Shown in pieces: positions 1-8,747 of a stretch of 64,000 nucleotides of DNA. Made by a program: the position numbers and the translations under genes. Each line of letters begins with the position of its first letter. Position 1 is the first letter of the stretch. Origin of the DNA: a virus; IMG/VR virus record IMGVR_UViG_3300027797_000001, positions 32,001 through 96,000 of that record; one strand, written 5' to 3'. The notes beneath the pieces are model-generated. The model did not search any database. It was not told where the DNA came from and was given only the letters and a program-made list of their open reading frames with translations.

Positions 1-105
1 ACTAAAGGTACAAAGTCTGGAGTTAACTCTAAAGTCTCTGCATCTAAAGTAGCTAAAGGGCGTTCAGGTGGTGTATCTAAAGCTCCTAAAAAAGCAAACC
101 CATAA
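1..105 (+). CDS. 3' end of a small Lys/Ser-rich basic protein (truncated by window edge)
   Basis: Frame 1 reads TKGTKSGVNSKVSASKVAKGRSGGVSKAPKKANP to TAA at 103-105, overlapping the next ATG (TAATG). Composition matches the neighbouring genes. Confidence 0.75.
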   Translation, partial: TKGTKSGVNSKVSASKVAKGRSGGVSKAPKKANP

Positions 106-443
106 TGCCAAAGGATTCTTGCTATCATAGTGTAAAAGCACGGTATGCTGTGTTCCCTTCTGCAAGAGCTTCACAAGCTATTGCTAAATGTAGGAAAGGT
201 TCTGGTACTGTTAGAAAAACTAAAGCTGGAACAGACTTAAAAAGATGGCAAGCAGAAAAATGGCAAGATACTAAATCAGGAAAAGCTTGTGGTGCCGGTG
301 GTAAGAATGAATACTGCCGGCCTACAAAAAGAGTATCTAAGGATACACCAAAAACGAAGTATGAACTAACTCCTTCTAAACTAGCTGCTAAGAAAGCTGA
401 GAAGTCAAGAGTAGGTATGGGAAGTAGAGTTAAAAAAGCATAG
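105..443 (+). CDS. small basic phage protein (DUF5872-like)
   Basis: 112 aa. Motifs DSCYHSVKARY..FPSARAS..KCRK, LKRWQAEKW and CG..YCRPTKRVS resemble, from memory, a family of small basic phage/virus proteins. Confidence 0.7.
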   Translation: MPKDSCYHSVKARYAVFPSARASQAIAKCRKGSGTVRKTKAGTDLKRWQAEKWQDTKSGKACGAGGKNEYCRPTKRVSKDTPKTKYELTPSKLAAKKAEKSRVGMGSRVKKA

Positions 444-445
444 TT

Positions 446-688
446 ATGGCAATTAGAAAAACAACTACAAAAAAAGCACCAGCTAAGAAGTCAACTTCTT
501 CAGTTGGTATTTCTATTTTAGGTGGTAATAAAGCAGACATGAGAAAATGGGAAATTGAATCTGCTATGTCTACATTACAAAGAGCTTCTGAGATTCAGAA
601 GAATGCTAAGCTCATGAATGATGTTAAGAAGATGGCTGCTGAAAAAGCAAAAGAATTCAATAGCATTGCCGCTGGTAAAAAGTTTTAA
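446..688 (+). CDS. small basic hypothetical protein
   Basis: 80 aa, Lys-rich N-terminus, 2-nt gaps to both neighbours. Confidence 0.75.
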   Translation: MAIRKTTTKKAPAKKSTSSVGISILGGNKADMRKWEIESAMSTLQRASEIQKNAKLMNDVKKMAAEKAKEFNSIAAGKKF

Positions 689-690
689 TC

Positions 691-951
691 ATGGCACAGG
701 CAAAAGCAAAGAAAGTAAAAGTTACTGCCGGTGGAGAAAAACATGTAGTCTATAAAAAGACTACAAAAAAAGGTGAAGGAAAGGTTGGCAATATAATGGT
801 TAACCATCCCACAAAAGATAAAGGTCAGTGGGATACAATAGATCTTACTGCAAAAGGTAGAGCTAAGACAATTAAACAAGGAGTGGCAGCTACAAAGAAA
901 TGGCATAAGGACAACCCTTATCCTAAAAATAAAAAGAATGGCAAAAAGTAA
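691..951 (+). CDS. small basic hypothetical protein
   Basis: 86 aa, Lys-rich, tightly packed in the operon. Confidence 0.75.
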   Translation: MAQAKAKKVKVTAGGEKHVVYKKTTKKGEGKVGNIMVNHPTKDKGQWDTIDLTAKGRAKTIKQGVAATKKWHKDNPYPKNKKNGKK

Positions 952-1288
952 AGCACAACAAGCAGCAATTGCTATCTCTATGAAGAAAGCTGGTAAAACT
1001 CCTAAGATGAAATCTGGTGGTTCTACTCCTGCTTGGACACGTAAAGAAGGTAAGAATCCAGAAGGAGGTCTTAATGCTAAAGGAGTAGCTTCTTATAGAG
1101 CAGCTAATCCTGGAAGTAAACTTCAGACAGCTGTAACTACTAAGCCGTCAAAGCTTAAGCCTGGTAGCAAAGATGCAAAGAGACGTAAAAGTTTCTGTGC
1201 TAGAATGTCTGGAATGCCTGGACCAATGAAAGATGAAAAAGGAAGACCAACTAGAAAAGCTCTTTCTTTAAGAAAATGGAATTGTTAA
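938..1288 (+). CDS. small basic phage protein (DUF6321-like)
   Basis: 116 aa with AWTRKEGKNPEGGLNAKG...RRKSFCARM...SLRKWNC, a pattern recalled from aquatic phage proteins. Also has an MKSGG motif. Confidence 0.75.
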   Translation: MAKSKAQQAAIAISMKKAGKTPKMKSGGSTPAWTRKEGKNPEGGLNAKGVASYRAANPGSKLQTAVTTKPSKLKPGSKDAKRRKSFCARMSGMPGPMKDEKGRPTRKALSLRKWNC

Positions 1289-1304
1289 CTTATTATATAT
1301 AATT

Positions 1305-2159
1305 ATGAAAACTTGTAAAGTAGGTTGTGGTAAGATGAAATCTGGGGGCACAATCAAGAAAGTAAAAAAGATGGCTAAAGGTGGTGCCGCAGACTATAAT
1401 TATGGTATTCCATTAAATGGTTTACCAATGCGCCCTACTAATGGTAACACAGATATTTCTAAAAATCAAATGGGAACTAACCCTACCATGAAAAAAGGTG
1501 GCACCATGAAAAAAATGCAAAATGGTGGTCCTAATAACCTAAAAAAAAAAATAGGAAGATTAGAAAATAAAAAAGAAAGACTTGCAAATAAACGTTCAAG
1601 AGCCAGCTCTATAAGTAGGAACTTTCAAGGGGATCCTGATACTTTAAGTAAAGTTGTTGATAATGCTCTTCAGAAAAGAGCTATTAATGTAATGGAAAAA
1701 GTTTCAAATAAACGAGAAATGATTAATAAAAAAATTAAAGAACTAAAATCTTCAAATGCTTCATCAAGTATGAAAAAAATGGCAAAAGGTGGTGCTAAGA
1801 AAACTTTAATTAAAGCTCAAGCTGGACGTTCAATAGTCAATCCTAAAGAAATGTCTGATAAAATCAGAAGAGGACCAGGAATGCCACCTCCGACACCATT
1901 TGGTAAAGTTGATTCAGGTCCAATGGTAAATACAAGAGTTGATTCAGGTCCAACGATGAACCCATATTCTTCTACAAAAGAAGCTAAACTTCCTATTTCT
2001 GGACCTTCTTTTAAGAAGGGTGGTTCTACTTCCTTTGGTATGTTATCAGTTAAAGCTGGTGTAGATAAAAATCCTAAAGCAACTGCAGCAGATAGAATTG
2101 CTGGTGCAAAGATGAGTAAGAAACAAATGGGTGGTATGACAAAATCTAAAAAGAAGTAA
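1305..2159 (+). CDS. basic Lys/Met/Gly-rich protein with repeated [MF]xxGG motifs; putative internal virion protein
   Basis: 284 aa containing MKSGG, MAKGG (twice), MKKGG, MQNGG and FKKGG. Confidence 0.75.
   Translation: MKTCKVGCGKMKSGGTIKKVKKMAKGGAADYNYGIPLNGLPMRPTNGNTDISKNQMGTNPTMKKGGTMKKMQNGGPNNLKKKIGRLENKKERLANKRSRASSISRNFQGDPDTLSKVVDNALQKRAINVMEKVSNKREMINKKIKELKSSNASSSMKKMAKGGAKKTLIKAQAGRSIVNPKEMSDKIRRGPGMPPPTPFGKVDSGPMVNTRVDSGPTMNPYSSTKEAKLPISGPSFKKGGSTSFGMLSVKAGVDKNPKATAADRIAGAKMSKKQMGGMTKSKKK
1907..1953 (+). repeat. 17-bp direct repeat, 30-bp period (VDSGP x2)
   Basis: AGTTGATTCAGGTCCAA at 1907-1923 and 1937-1953. Confidence 0.85.
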
Positions 2160-2161
2160 TC

Positions 2162-2200
2162 ATGTGTAGCTGCAGAAATAAAGGTAAAGTTAAAAAGTAA
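2162..2200 (+). CDS. candidate 12-aa micropeptide MCSCRNKGKVKK
   Basis: The ORF fills the gap between 2159 and 2204. It has the same TAA-TC-ATG junction as 688/691 and the same Lys-rich style as its neighbours. Confidence 0.45.
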   Translation: MCSCRNKGKVKK

Positions 2201-2203
2201 GTC

Positions 2204-2488
2204 ATGGCAACTAAGAAGGCTACTGCAAAATTTGGTGCATCTGTAAAAGTGCAAAGAGGATATCCTGGAAAAATTAGATCTGCTAAAGATCAGGGATATA
2301 CTCCTGTGGGAGAAAGAGAACCTGACAGAACTAAGTTTAAAAAAGGTGGATCAACTGATAAAAAGTGGATTCAAAAAGCAATTAATCCTGCACATAAAGG
2401 ATATTGTACTCCTATGACTAAAGCTACTTGCACTCCTAAAAGAAAAGCTCTTGCTAAGACCTTAAAGAAAATTGCTAAAAATAAATAG
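2204..2488 (+). CDS. small basic protein with FKKGG motif
   Basis: 94 aa; FKKGG followed by KKWIQKAI...KALAKTLKK. Confidence 0.75.
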   Translation: MATKKATAKFGASVKVQRGYPGKIRSAKDQGYTPVGEREPDRTKFKKGGSTDKKWIQKAINPAHKGYCTPMTKATCTPKRKALAKTLKKIAKNK

Positions 2489-2490
2489 TA

Positions 2491-3192
2491 ATGTTAAATA
2501 GTACTATAACTGTAAAGATTAAACAAAGGCTAAATAAATTAGATAGTCAAGACTATGACAACTTAGAATGTTGGCAGATAGTTGAGGCATTTAATAAAGC
2601 CCAAGTAGAGTGGTCTAGAAGACAGTTGCATGGTATTAATATAACTAAAGAAGGTGATGAGCAATCAACCCGGAGAAAAGATGACCTACAAGTTCTTCTT
2701 AATAAAACTGCCATAACTAATTTAACGGATAAAGGAGACTATTCTTTCTTAGCTATTCCTAATAACTATTTACAATGGAAAAGAGTAGATGTATTTGCAC
2801 AAAGAGACTGTTGCGATAAAAGAAGAATGGTAATCTATCTTGCAGAAGAAGGTAATGTATCCATACTGCTGAGAGATAAATTAAAACAACCCAGTTTTGA
2901 ATGGGCAGAAACATTTGCAACATTAATTGATGATGGTATAAATATTTATACAAATAATCAATTTAATATTCCTGAAGTTGAATTAACCTATTACAGACAA
3001 CCTATTAAGATTCAAATCCAGGGTTGTGTAGATCCCTATACAAATTTACAATCTCAAGTAAATGTGGAATGTGAATTTAAAGATGATATAATTGAAGTAA
3101 TAATTGATGAAGCAGTTAGTATTATAGCTGGGGATATTGAGTCTGGAAACCAATTCTCTAGAGGTACAGAAACTGCAGAACGTAACAACTAA
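2491..3192 (+). CDS. crAss-like tail ring / head-tail connector protein
   Basis: 233 aa. The N-terminal pattern LNKLDS...FNKAQ...EQSTRRKDDLQVL and the C-terminal YYRQP...IIDEAV resemble crAss-like ring proteins encoded downstream of the capsid gene. Confidence 0.65.
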   Translation: MLNSTITVKIKQRLNKLDSQDYDNLECWQIVEAFNKAQVEWSRRQLHGINITKEGDEQSTRRKDDLQVLLNKTAITNLTDKGDYSFLAIPNNYLQWKRVDVFAQRDCCDKRRMVIYLAEEGNVSILLRDKLKQPSFEWAETFATLIDDGINIYTNNQFNIPEVELTYYRQPIKIQIQGCVDPYTNLQSQVNVECEFKDDIIEVIIDEAVSIIAGDIESGNQFSRGTETAERNN

Positions 3193-3194
3193 TA

Positions 3195-3713
3195 ATGGAA
3201 ACAAAATCTAGACTTTTAAAAAGAAATCCTGAGCCTACTAGAACATTGAGTAGACCACAGGTAACAGTAACTCAACCTAAATCAGAACCTTCAAAACCAC
3301 AACCAACTCCTGACACTGGGGTGGGTGGTAGCTCATTAGATAACATGGTATCTTCTTGTGCTAGTGAATTAATGAATGCAAGAACAAGTTTTCATAAACT
3401 TCATTTAAAAGTAACAGGAGAAGGATCTTATGCGGCACATAAAGCATTAAATGAATTATATGATGCATTACCTGATCATGCAGACACTCTTGTAGAAGGA
3501 TATCAAGGAGCGGCAGAGAAAATTCTTTCATACAAAGAAGTGTCACCAAGAACTCTTGATACTGTAGCAGATGGTGTAAATTATCTTAGAGATATTTATG
3601 CAATGATAAATAAACTACAAGGTATGCTACCTTATTCTGAAATTGTAAACAACTTAGATTTAGTAAAAGATTCAATTAATTCTACTAAGTATAAATTACT
3701 TTTCCTAAAATAA
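3195..3713 (+). CDS. ferritin/Dps-like four-helix-bundle protein (DUF5856-like) with Pro-rich N-terminal arm
   Basis: FHKLHL...SYAAHKALNELYD...DTLVEGYQG...STKYKL follows the Dps-like His/Asp/Glu spacing. Confidence 0.75.
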   Translation: METKSRLLKRNPEPTRTLSRPQVTVTQPKSEPSKPQPTPDTGVGGSSLDNMVSSCASELMNARTSFHKLHLKVTGEGSYAAHKALNELYDALPDHADTLVEGYQGAAEKILSYKEVSPRTLDTVADGVNYLRDIYAMINKLQGMLPYSEIVNNLDLVKDSINSTKYKLLFLK

Positions 3714-3714
3714 T

Positions 3715-3746
3715 TTTGATATTGTAAATATTTTTACTATATTATA
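3715..3746 (+). promoter_or_regulatory. putative late promoter TTTG-N19-TATATT
   Basis: TTTG at 3715-3718 and TATATT at 3738-3743. The same architecture occurs at four other plus-strand gene starts. Confidence 0.55.
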
Positions 3747-3777
3747 CTATATATATGTTTAACTAAAATTTAAAAAA

Positions 3778-5445
3778 ATGGCTTATTTTAATCACGCGTT
3801 TAAGAAAACGTTTCTTGCTACAGGAGCTACAATTGCTTCTGTTCCAATCACAAATCCTGCAGGTGGGTCTTTAGGTAATGCTGCTGCAACTGGTGGTTAC
3901 ATGACTACTGCTAGTTTACCTACTTATGCATTAAATCAAATTGCTGCAGCATCTACTCTAGTTAATGGTAGTTACGAAAACAACTATGTTGCTTTTTTTG
4001 ATCCTAGAACTAGTTTATCTGTTAATCCTTCTACATTAACTGACTGTTGTCCTCTTTATCTTGCAGGTTCTGCTATCTATTGTAAAGATAAAATTAGTCC
4101 TTTCTTAGGTGGGTACCAAGAGACAAACAAGTCTAAAGTTATCAATCCTAAATATGTTTCTAGATATTATAGTGTAGGTTCTTGCCCTCCATCTAATAAC
4201 GTAGTACACGTTGGTTCAACTTACTGGACTGCAGGTACTGCTGTTGCTACATTGGATGCTACAACTTTAGTTGGTGGTACTACTTATACTAATGGTACTA
4301 TTTGTTCTGTAACAGGTGGTACAGGTGAAGGTCTTGTAGTTCAAGTAACTACAGCTGGTGTACCTGGTCCTGTAGTTGCTGTAACAATTGTTTCTCCAGG
4401 GAAAGGATATTCTATTGGTGATACAGTAACTATTGCATGTGGAACTGGTGATGCTACTATTGATGTAGATACATTAATTCCTGCTGGAGTTGATCCATTA
4501 ACAGGAGCTGGTGGTGCATCTTGTTGCAAAGAGTTCTTATGTGGTGAGACTTACAGTCTACGTTTAGATGTTAAAGGTTCTCCTGCTTTAAGATTCTTAG
4601 ATCACAATGCTTACTATATTGCTACAGCTTATACTGGATGTTGTCCTGCAGGAGCTATTGCTCCAGTTGCAGTTGATTCAACTGAAGTTATGATCCTTTG
4701 GGCTAATGATTTATTAAATTCTCCAATTGTATCTCCATTTATTCAGATTGCAGTACAAGATGAGATGGGTGTTATCTGGTATGCTCCAGGAACAAATGCT
4801 ACTTTCTTAGCTTCAGTAGGTGCTGATACTTGGAATAACTATGTATCTCCGGGACATACAGCTAATGCTTGTGCTGGTTTAATCATCAATGGTGCTTATG
4901 TAGATACTAGATTTGGAGATTGTACTTTCCAAATTTCTGACTTCTATGAAAAACAACCAGTTAATTTATATCCAAGTGAAGTAGATTTAAATGGTGATCC
5001 ATGTGAGTTTACAGGAGTTTGTATTGTTAATGAGTGTTTAGGATCTCAAGCAATGGGTCTTGGAGAAACTGTTCTTAGAGATATCATTCTTTCTGAGTCT
5101 TACAGACAAAACTTCTTCTCTTCTGACTTCAGAATCCGGGAGATTACTCAAGGTAACCAAATTGTAAATGCTGTTAACAGACAAGCACTTTACTATAGAA
5201 ACTATATTCAACACAGCGTACCTAGATTTAACAATCCATCTGGAACATTTGATAATGATCAATACTTGTTAGAAGTTATCTTTACTAATGCTGGTACTGC
5301 AGCTGCATTTGAATTTAATACTACAACGTGGTTAAATAACTGTGGAGTATGTGAAATTGAAGTTGGTGCTATTGACGGATTTAACTGCTTGTCTACTTGT
5401 ACAGCAATTGAATTCCCTGTTCTTCCAGCTCAGTGTGGATTCTAA
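3778..5445 (+). CDS. virion structural protein, probably auxiliary capsid/decoration protein
   Basis: 555 aa, Ala/Gly/Thr/Cys-rich, with its own promoter and terminator (suggests high expression). Its position after the ring protein matches crAss-like auxiliary capsid genes. Has an internal VTIVSPGKGYSIGDTVTI beta-module. Confidence 0.55.
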   Translation: MAYFNHAFKKTFLATGATIASVPITNPAGGSLGNAAATGGYMTTASLPTYALNQIAAASTLVNGSYENNYVAFFDPRTSLSVNPSTLTDCCPLYLAGSAIYCKDKISPFLGGYQETNKSKVINPKYVSRYYSVGSCPPSNNVVHVGSTYWTAGTAVATLDATTLVGGTTYTNGTICSVTGGTGEGLVVQVTTAGVPGPVVAVTIVSPGKGYSIGDTVTIACGTGDATIDVDTLIPAGVDPLTGAGGASCCKEFLCGETYSLRLDVKGSPALRFLDHNAYYIATAYTGCCPAGAIAPVAVDSTEVMILWANDLLNSPIVSPFIQIAVQDEMGVIWYAPGTNATFLASVGADTWNNYVSPGHTANACAGLIINGAYVDTRFGDCTFQISDFYEKQPVNLYPSEVDLNGDPCEFTGVCIVNECLGSQAMGLGETVLRDIILSESYRQNFFSSDFRIREITQGNQIVNAVNRQALYYRNYIQHSVPRFNNPSGTFDNDQYLLEVIFTNAGTAAAFEFNTTTWLNNCGVCEIEVGAIDGFNCLSTCTAIEFPVLPAQCGF

Positions 5446-5467
5446 GGATTAAACGTTAATAAATAAA

Positions 5468-5506
5468 TAAAGGGGAGAGAGAGTTTATACTCCTCTCCTT
5501 TTTTAT
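5468..5506 (+). terminator. rho-independent terminator
   Basis: AAAAGGGGAGAGAGAG-tttata-CTCCTCTCCTTTTTT imperfect hairpin with U-tract after the 555-aa gene. Confidence 0.7.
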
Positions 5507-5520
5507 TAAAATAAAGCTAT

Positions 5521-6090
5521 ATGGCAAATCATGTATTAAGTTTAGAGGTGCCTCAAGTAATGAATGAATGCATTCTTAAGATACTTGACACAAGTGTATA
5601 TCAAACGGCAAATCCTGCTATTCCAATAGTATGCCCTACACTAAATGTTACAGTACCTGGATTTGGTTATTCTAACCAGATAGAAGGAACTGCTATGACT
5701 AATTTTGTTAATACAGGTCACATAACTTTAACTGCTTGTGATTTACAATTACAGACTGTAAATTGCGGAACTAAGTATTTTAATTTACCTGATGGCATAT
5801 ATATTATAAAATACAGTGTATCTCCAAATGATACTGTATATGTAGAGTATAATCATTTAAGATTTACAGCAGCATTAAATAAATATTACAAGATTCTTTG
5901 TGATGTAGATGTAGCTGCATGTGAGCCTCCATTTAAAATACAACAAAGATTAGAAGAACTTAGATTAATTTTTATGTATCTTCAAGCAGCAAAGTCTAAA
6001 GTAGAGTTTTGTCATGAGCCACAGAAAGGTATGAGCTTATACAACTATGCTGTTAAACTTTTGAATAAAATGGAATGTAGAAATTGTTAA
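5521..6090 (+). CDS. conserved structural-region protein (possible fibre-attachment/hub protein)
   Basis: 189 aa with LPDGIYIIKYSV beta motif and a helical C-terminus ending CRNC. Function inferred from position only. Confidence 0.55.
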   Translation: MANHVLSLEVPQVMNECILKILDTSVYQTANPAIPIVCPTLNVTVPGFGYSNQIEGTAMTNFVNTGHITLTACDLQLQTVNCGTKYFNLPDGIYIIKYSVSPNDTVYVEYNHLRFTAALNKYYKILCDVDVAACEPPFKIQQRLEELRLIFMYLQAAKSKVEFCHEPQKGMSLYNYAVKLLNKMECRNC

Positions 6091-6111
6091 ACCAAATAAA
6101 AACCAATAATT

Positions 6112-6255
6112 ATGTCAACATGTTCTAATTGCAAAGCAAAATTATCTTGTGGATGTCAGAAAAGAAAAGCATCTGATGGACAACAAGTATGTTCTAATTG
6201 TATAACAAAATATGAAGCAGGGTTAAAAGCTAATTTACAAAAGAAGAAAATTTAA
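6112..6255 (+). CDS. 47-aa Cys-rich mini-protein (CxxC-x5-CxC-x11-CxxC), absent from the ORF track
   Basis: ATG at 6112 reads MSTCSNCKAKLSCGCQKRKASDGQQVCSNCITKYEAGLKANLQKKKI to TAA at 6253-6255. It has an A-rich leader and fills the intergenic gap. Confidence 0.75.
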   Translation: MSTCSNCKAKLSCGCQKRKASDGQQVCSNCITKYEAGLKANLQKKKI

Positions 6256-6277
6256 AGAAATTTATAAAATAAATAAA

Positions 6278-8728
6278 ATGTCAGTACCTGTTCCTTATTA
6301 TTTAATAACTAGTTGTTGTTCTCAAGAAACAATGTCTGGTTTATATAGAATACCAGGTTTAGGAACAGTTCCAGATGGAGTATATGAATATACCGGACCT
6401 ACTTTTATAGAATCTGTAACAGGTATGGTATTTAATTCTAATTTTTGTTATACAGTAGTATTTCAAGGAACAGTTAATACAGCATATCCGTCAGCTTTTA
6501 ATTCATCTACTATAATATTAACTGCAAGCAATGACTGTGATGATCCAGTATGTGCACCATGTGGTTCTAAATTTCCAGCATATTCTATTTTTAATTGTTG
6601 TGATACTGCCAATGTTATTAGTTTAAATATTGATACAGATACCTGTTTACCAATAGATGGTGTCTGGGTATATAATGGTCCTGGTTATATAGTACCTATT
6701 AGTGGATTTATTTTTACTCCAGGAGAGTGTTATAATTTTACTGAGTTACCTGATGGAATATTTGAACAAGGTCCAGATTGTACAGATTTTGATATAACAA
6801 TTTATGACACATGTCAAGAAGCACAAGCTGATGCTGAATGTCCTGCTTGCGCATTAGCTTTAGAATTTTTAATATTCACAAGCTGTTGTGATGATACTCA
6901 AATTTTATTTAAAGGTCCTTTTCCTACATCAACTTATTATGGTGTAAAAGAATATTTAGGACTTCCAATAAATGGATTAGAAAATGTATGTTATTCAATT
7001 GAAACTGGTGTTGTAGGAGATCCATTAGTTCCAGATATTACAGCATATAATCTTTTACCAGATCCTCCAGTATATGTTGAAGGTCTTACTTTTAGTAGCT
7101 TATCGTCAATAAATACTGATTGTGCAATTTATGTTGATGAATGTCCAAGCTGCATTAAACAATGTTATACACTATATGATTGTGATGGTAACTCCTTTAA
7201 TACTGAGATAGATTTATCAGCATATTTAAATACTTTTATAACAATAATTCAATTAGGAGTTCCTTCAGGACCCTGGTATGTTATAGAAAATAATACTGGA
7301 TCTTGTAACAATGCTGTAACTGGATTTACAGTAAGTCCTACAGTTCCAGAGCCATGTGATTGTAATTGTTATATAGTTATTGCATCAGCTCAAAATTGTA
7401 TTTACCTAGATTGTGATGGAAATTTACAAAGCACAGGTTTTTTAAGTAATAATACTGCTGTACAATTTTGCTCATTAATATATCCTTCTATAATAGGTAA
7501 TGCTCAACTTCCTACTGGTGGACCTAGTCCCATATACATACAGAATGAAGGTCTTTGTATTGATGGGGAATGTCCACTTATATGTTACGTATTAGAAGAT
7601 TGTGCAGGTATTCAAGATCCTATTTATGCCACTAAACCTTCATTAAGTCCATATGCAATTTTAGGTCAAGTTGTAGTATTAGATAATTATCCAGGTACTT
7701 GTTGGGAGGTAATAGATACTGCAGAATGTGATTGTGCAATAGATGTTGTTGTAATACAATCATATGAAGATTGCCCTACATGTCAAAATGCACCAAAATA
7801 TAAACTAACTAATTGTGATGATAAAACATTAATAGTTTATACTAGTACAGATTTAAGTGCATATGTTGGACAAGTAATTATTAGATTAGACTGTCCAGGT
7901 TGTTGGTATGTAGAAGAAATAGAAGACATACCATCTGATGTACCTATCACTGTAGATGTAGCATATATAGATTGTATAGAGTGTGCTAGAGATTATTATT
8001 TACTTACAGATTGTACAGGATATAAAGATCCAATTATTACATATACTGATCTTAGTCAATATGTAGGTTCTGTAATTAAAATCAAATATTGTCCAGAAAC
8101 TTGTTGGACCGTAACTACTACACTATTAGCTACAAATGCTGGTATAGTAATTCCAGAAGTAGAATATGAAGATTGTCCAGAGTGTTTACTAACATTCCCA
8201 TGTATTTGTACTACAGTAAGAAATGACAGTGCTACATCAAAAGAATATAGATACTATGACTGCAATCTAGATATTCAGTTATTTACACTTGCACCGGGAG
8301 AAAAATCAGAAAGATTCTGTATCCGTGTATGGGCAATATATTTTCCAGAAACTGATTACATAGAAACATATGGTAATTGCTCAGAAACTACACCTGATAT
8401 TTGGGAATGCCCAGATATTATTTATCCAAGAAGAAGTGTGCAACCTGGATATAATACACCAGCATGTACTATAGTAAAGTATGAAAAAATTTCATGTAAA
8501 TCTGCAGAGGTATATTATAAGCAAGTACTTTATTTAAGATATGGTATATCAGATTGCTGTCCAGATGAAAATGATAAGTGGTTAATCAAAAAGGAATTAA
8601 TAGACTTAGATGCACTAAGAGATCCAGACTACGAATGTTCAGTAGTAAATTCATGTTGTCCAAGCACACCATCATGTGGACAATCTTCTTGTGGATGTAC
8701 TTCATCTATTCCTTGTAATTCTCATTAA
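6278..8728 (+). CDS. Cys-rich repeat protein, putative exterior virion/fibre component
   Basis: 816 aa with tandem ~70-100 aa units (Y-x-L-x-[DN]C...DLSxYVG...CW.V...Y.DC..C). Confidence 0.65.
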   Translation: MSVPVPYYLITSCCSQETMSGLYRIPGLGTVPDGVYEYTGPTFIESVTGMVFNSNFCYTVVFQGTVNTAYPSAFNSSTIILTASNDCDDPVCAPCGSKFPAYSIFNCCDTANVISLNIDTDTCLPIDGVWVYNGPGYIVPISGFIFTPGECYNFTELPDGIFEQGPDCTDFDITIYDTCQEAQADAECPACALALEFLIFTSCCDDTQILFKGPFPTSTYYGVKEYLGLPINGLENVCYSIETGVVGDPLVPDITAYNLLPDPPVYVEGLTFSSLSSINTDCAIYVDECPSCIKQCYTLYDCDGNSFNTEIDLSAYLNTFITIIQLGVPSGPWYVIENNTGSCNNAVTGFTVSPTVPEPCDCNCYIVIASAQNCIYLDCDGNLQSTGFLSNNTAVQFCSLIYPSIIGNAQLPTGGPSPIYIQNEGLCIDGECPLICYVLEDCAGIQDPIYATKPSLSPYAILGQVVVLDNYPGTCWEVIDTAECDCAIDVVVIQSYEDCPTCQNAPKYKLTNCDDKTLIVYTSTDLSAYVGQVIIRLDCPGCWYVEEIEDIPSDVPITVDVAYIDCIECARDYYLLTDCTGYKDPIITYTDLSQYVGSVIKIKYCPETCWTVTTTLLATNAGIVIPEVEYEDCPECLLTFPCICTTVRNDSATSKEYRYYDCNLDIQLFTLAPGEKSERFCIRVWAIYFPETDYIETYGNCSETTPDIWECPDIIYPRRSVQPGYNTPACTIVKYEKISCKSAEVYYKQVLYLRYGISDCCPDENDKWLIKKELIDLDALRDPDYECSVVNSCCPSTPSCGQSSCGCTSSIPCNSH

Positions 8729-8744
8729 TAATTAGTATATTATA
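8713..8744 (+). promoter_or_regulatory. putative late promoter TTG-N20-TATATT
   Basis: TTG at 8713-8715 and TATATT at 8736-8741; the ATG at 8748 is only 6 nt downstream. Confidence 0.5.
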
Positions 8745-8747
8745 GAT

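Noticed and set aside
1541-1551. A11 homopolymer as a phase-variation or slippage site
   Set aside because: It encodes a Lys run in a Lys-rich, AT-rich gene, the frame is intact, and there is no read-level evidence.
3778-5445. 555-aa protein as the major capsid protein
   Set aside because: No recognisable HK97-type or crAss MCP motifs, and it lies downstream of the ring gene; the MCP is probably upstream of the window.
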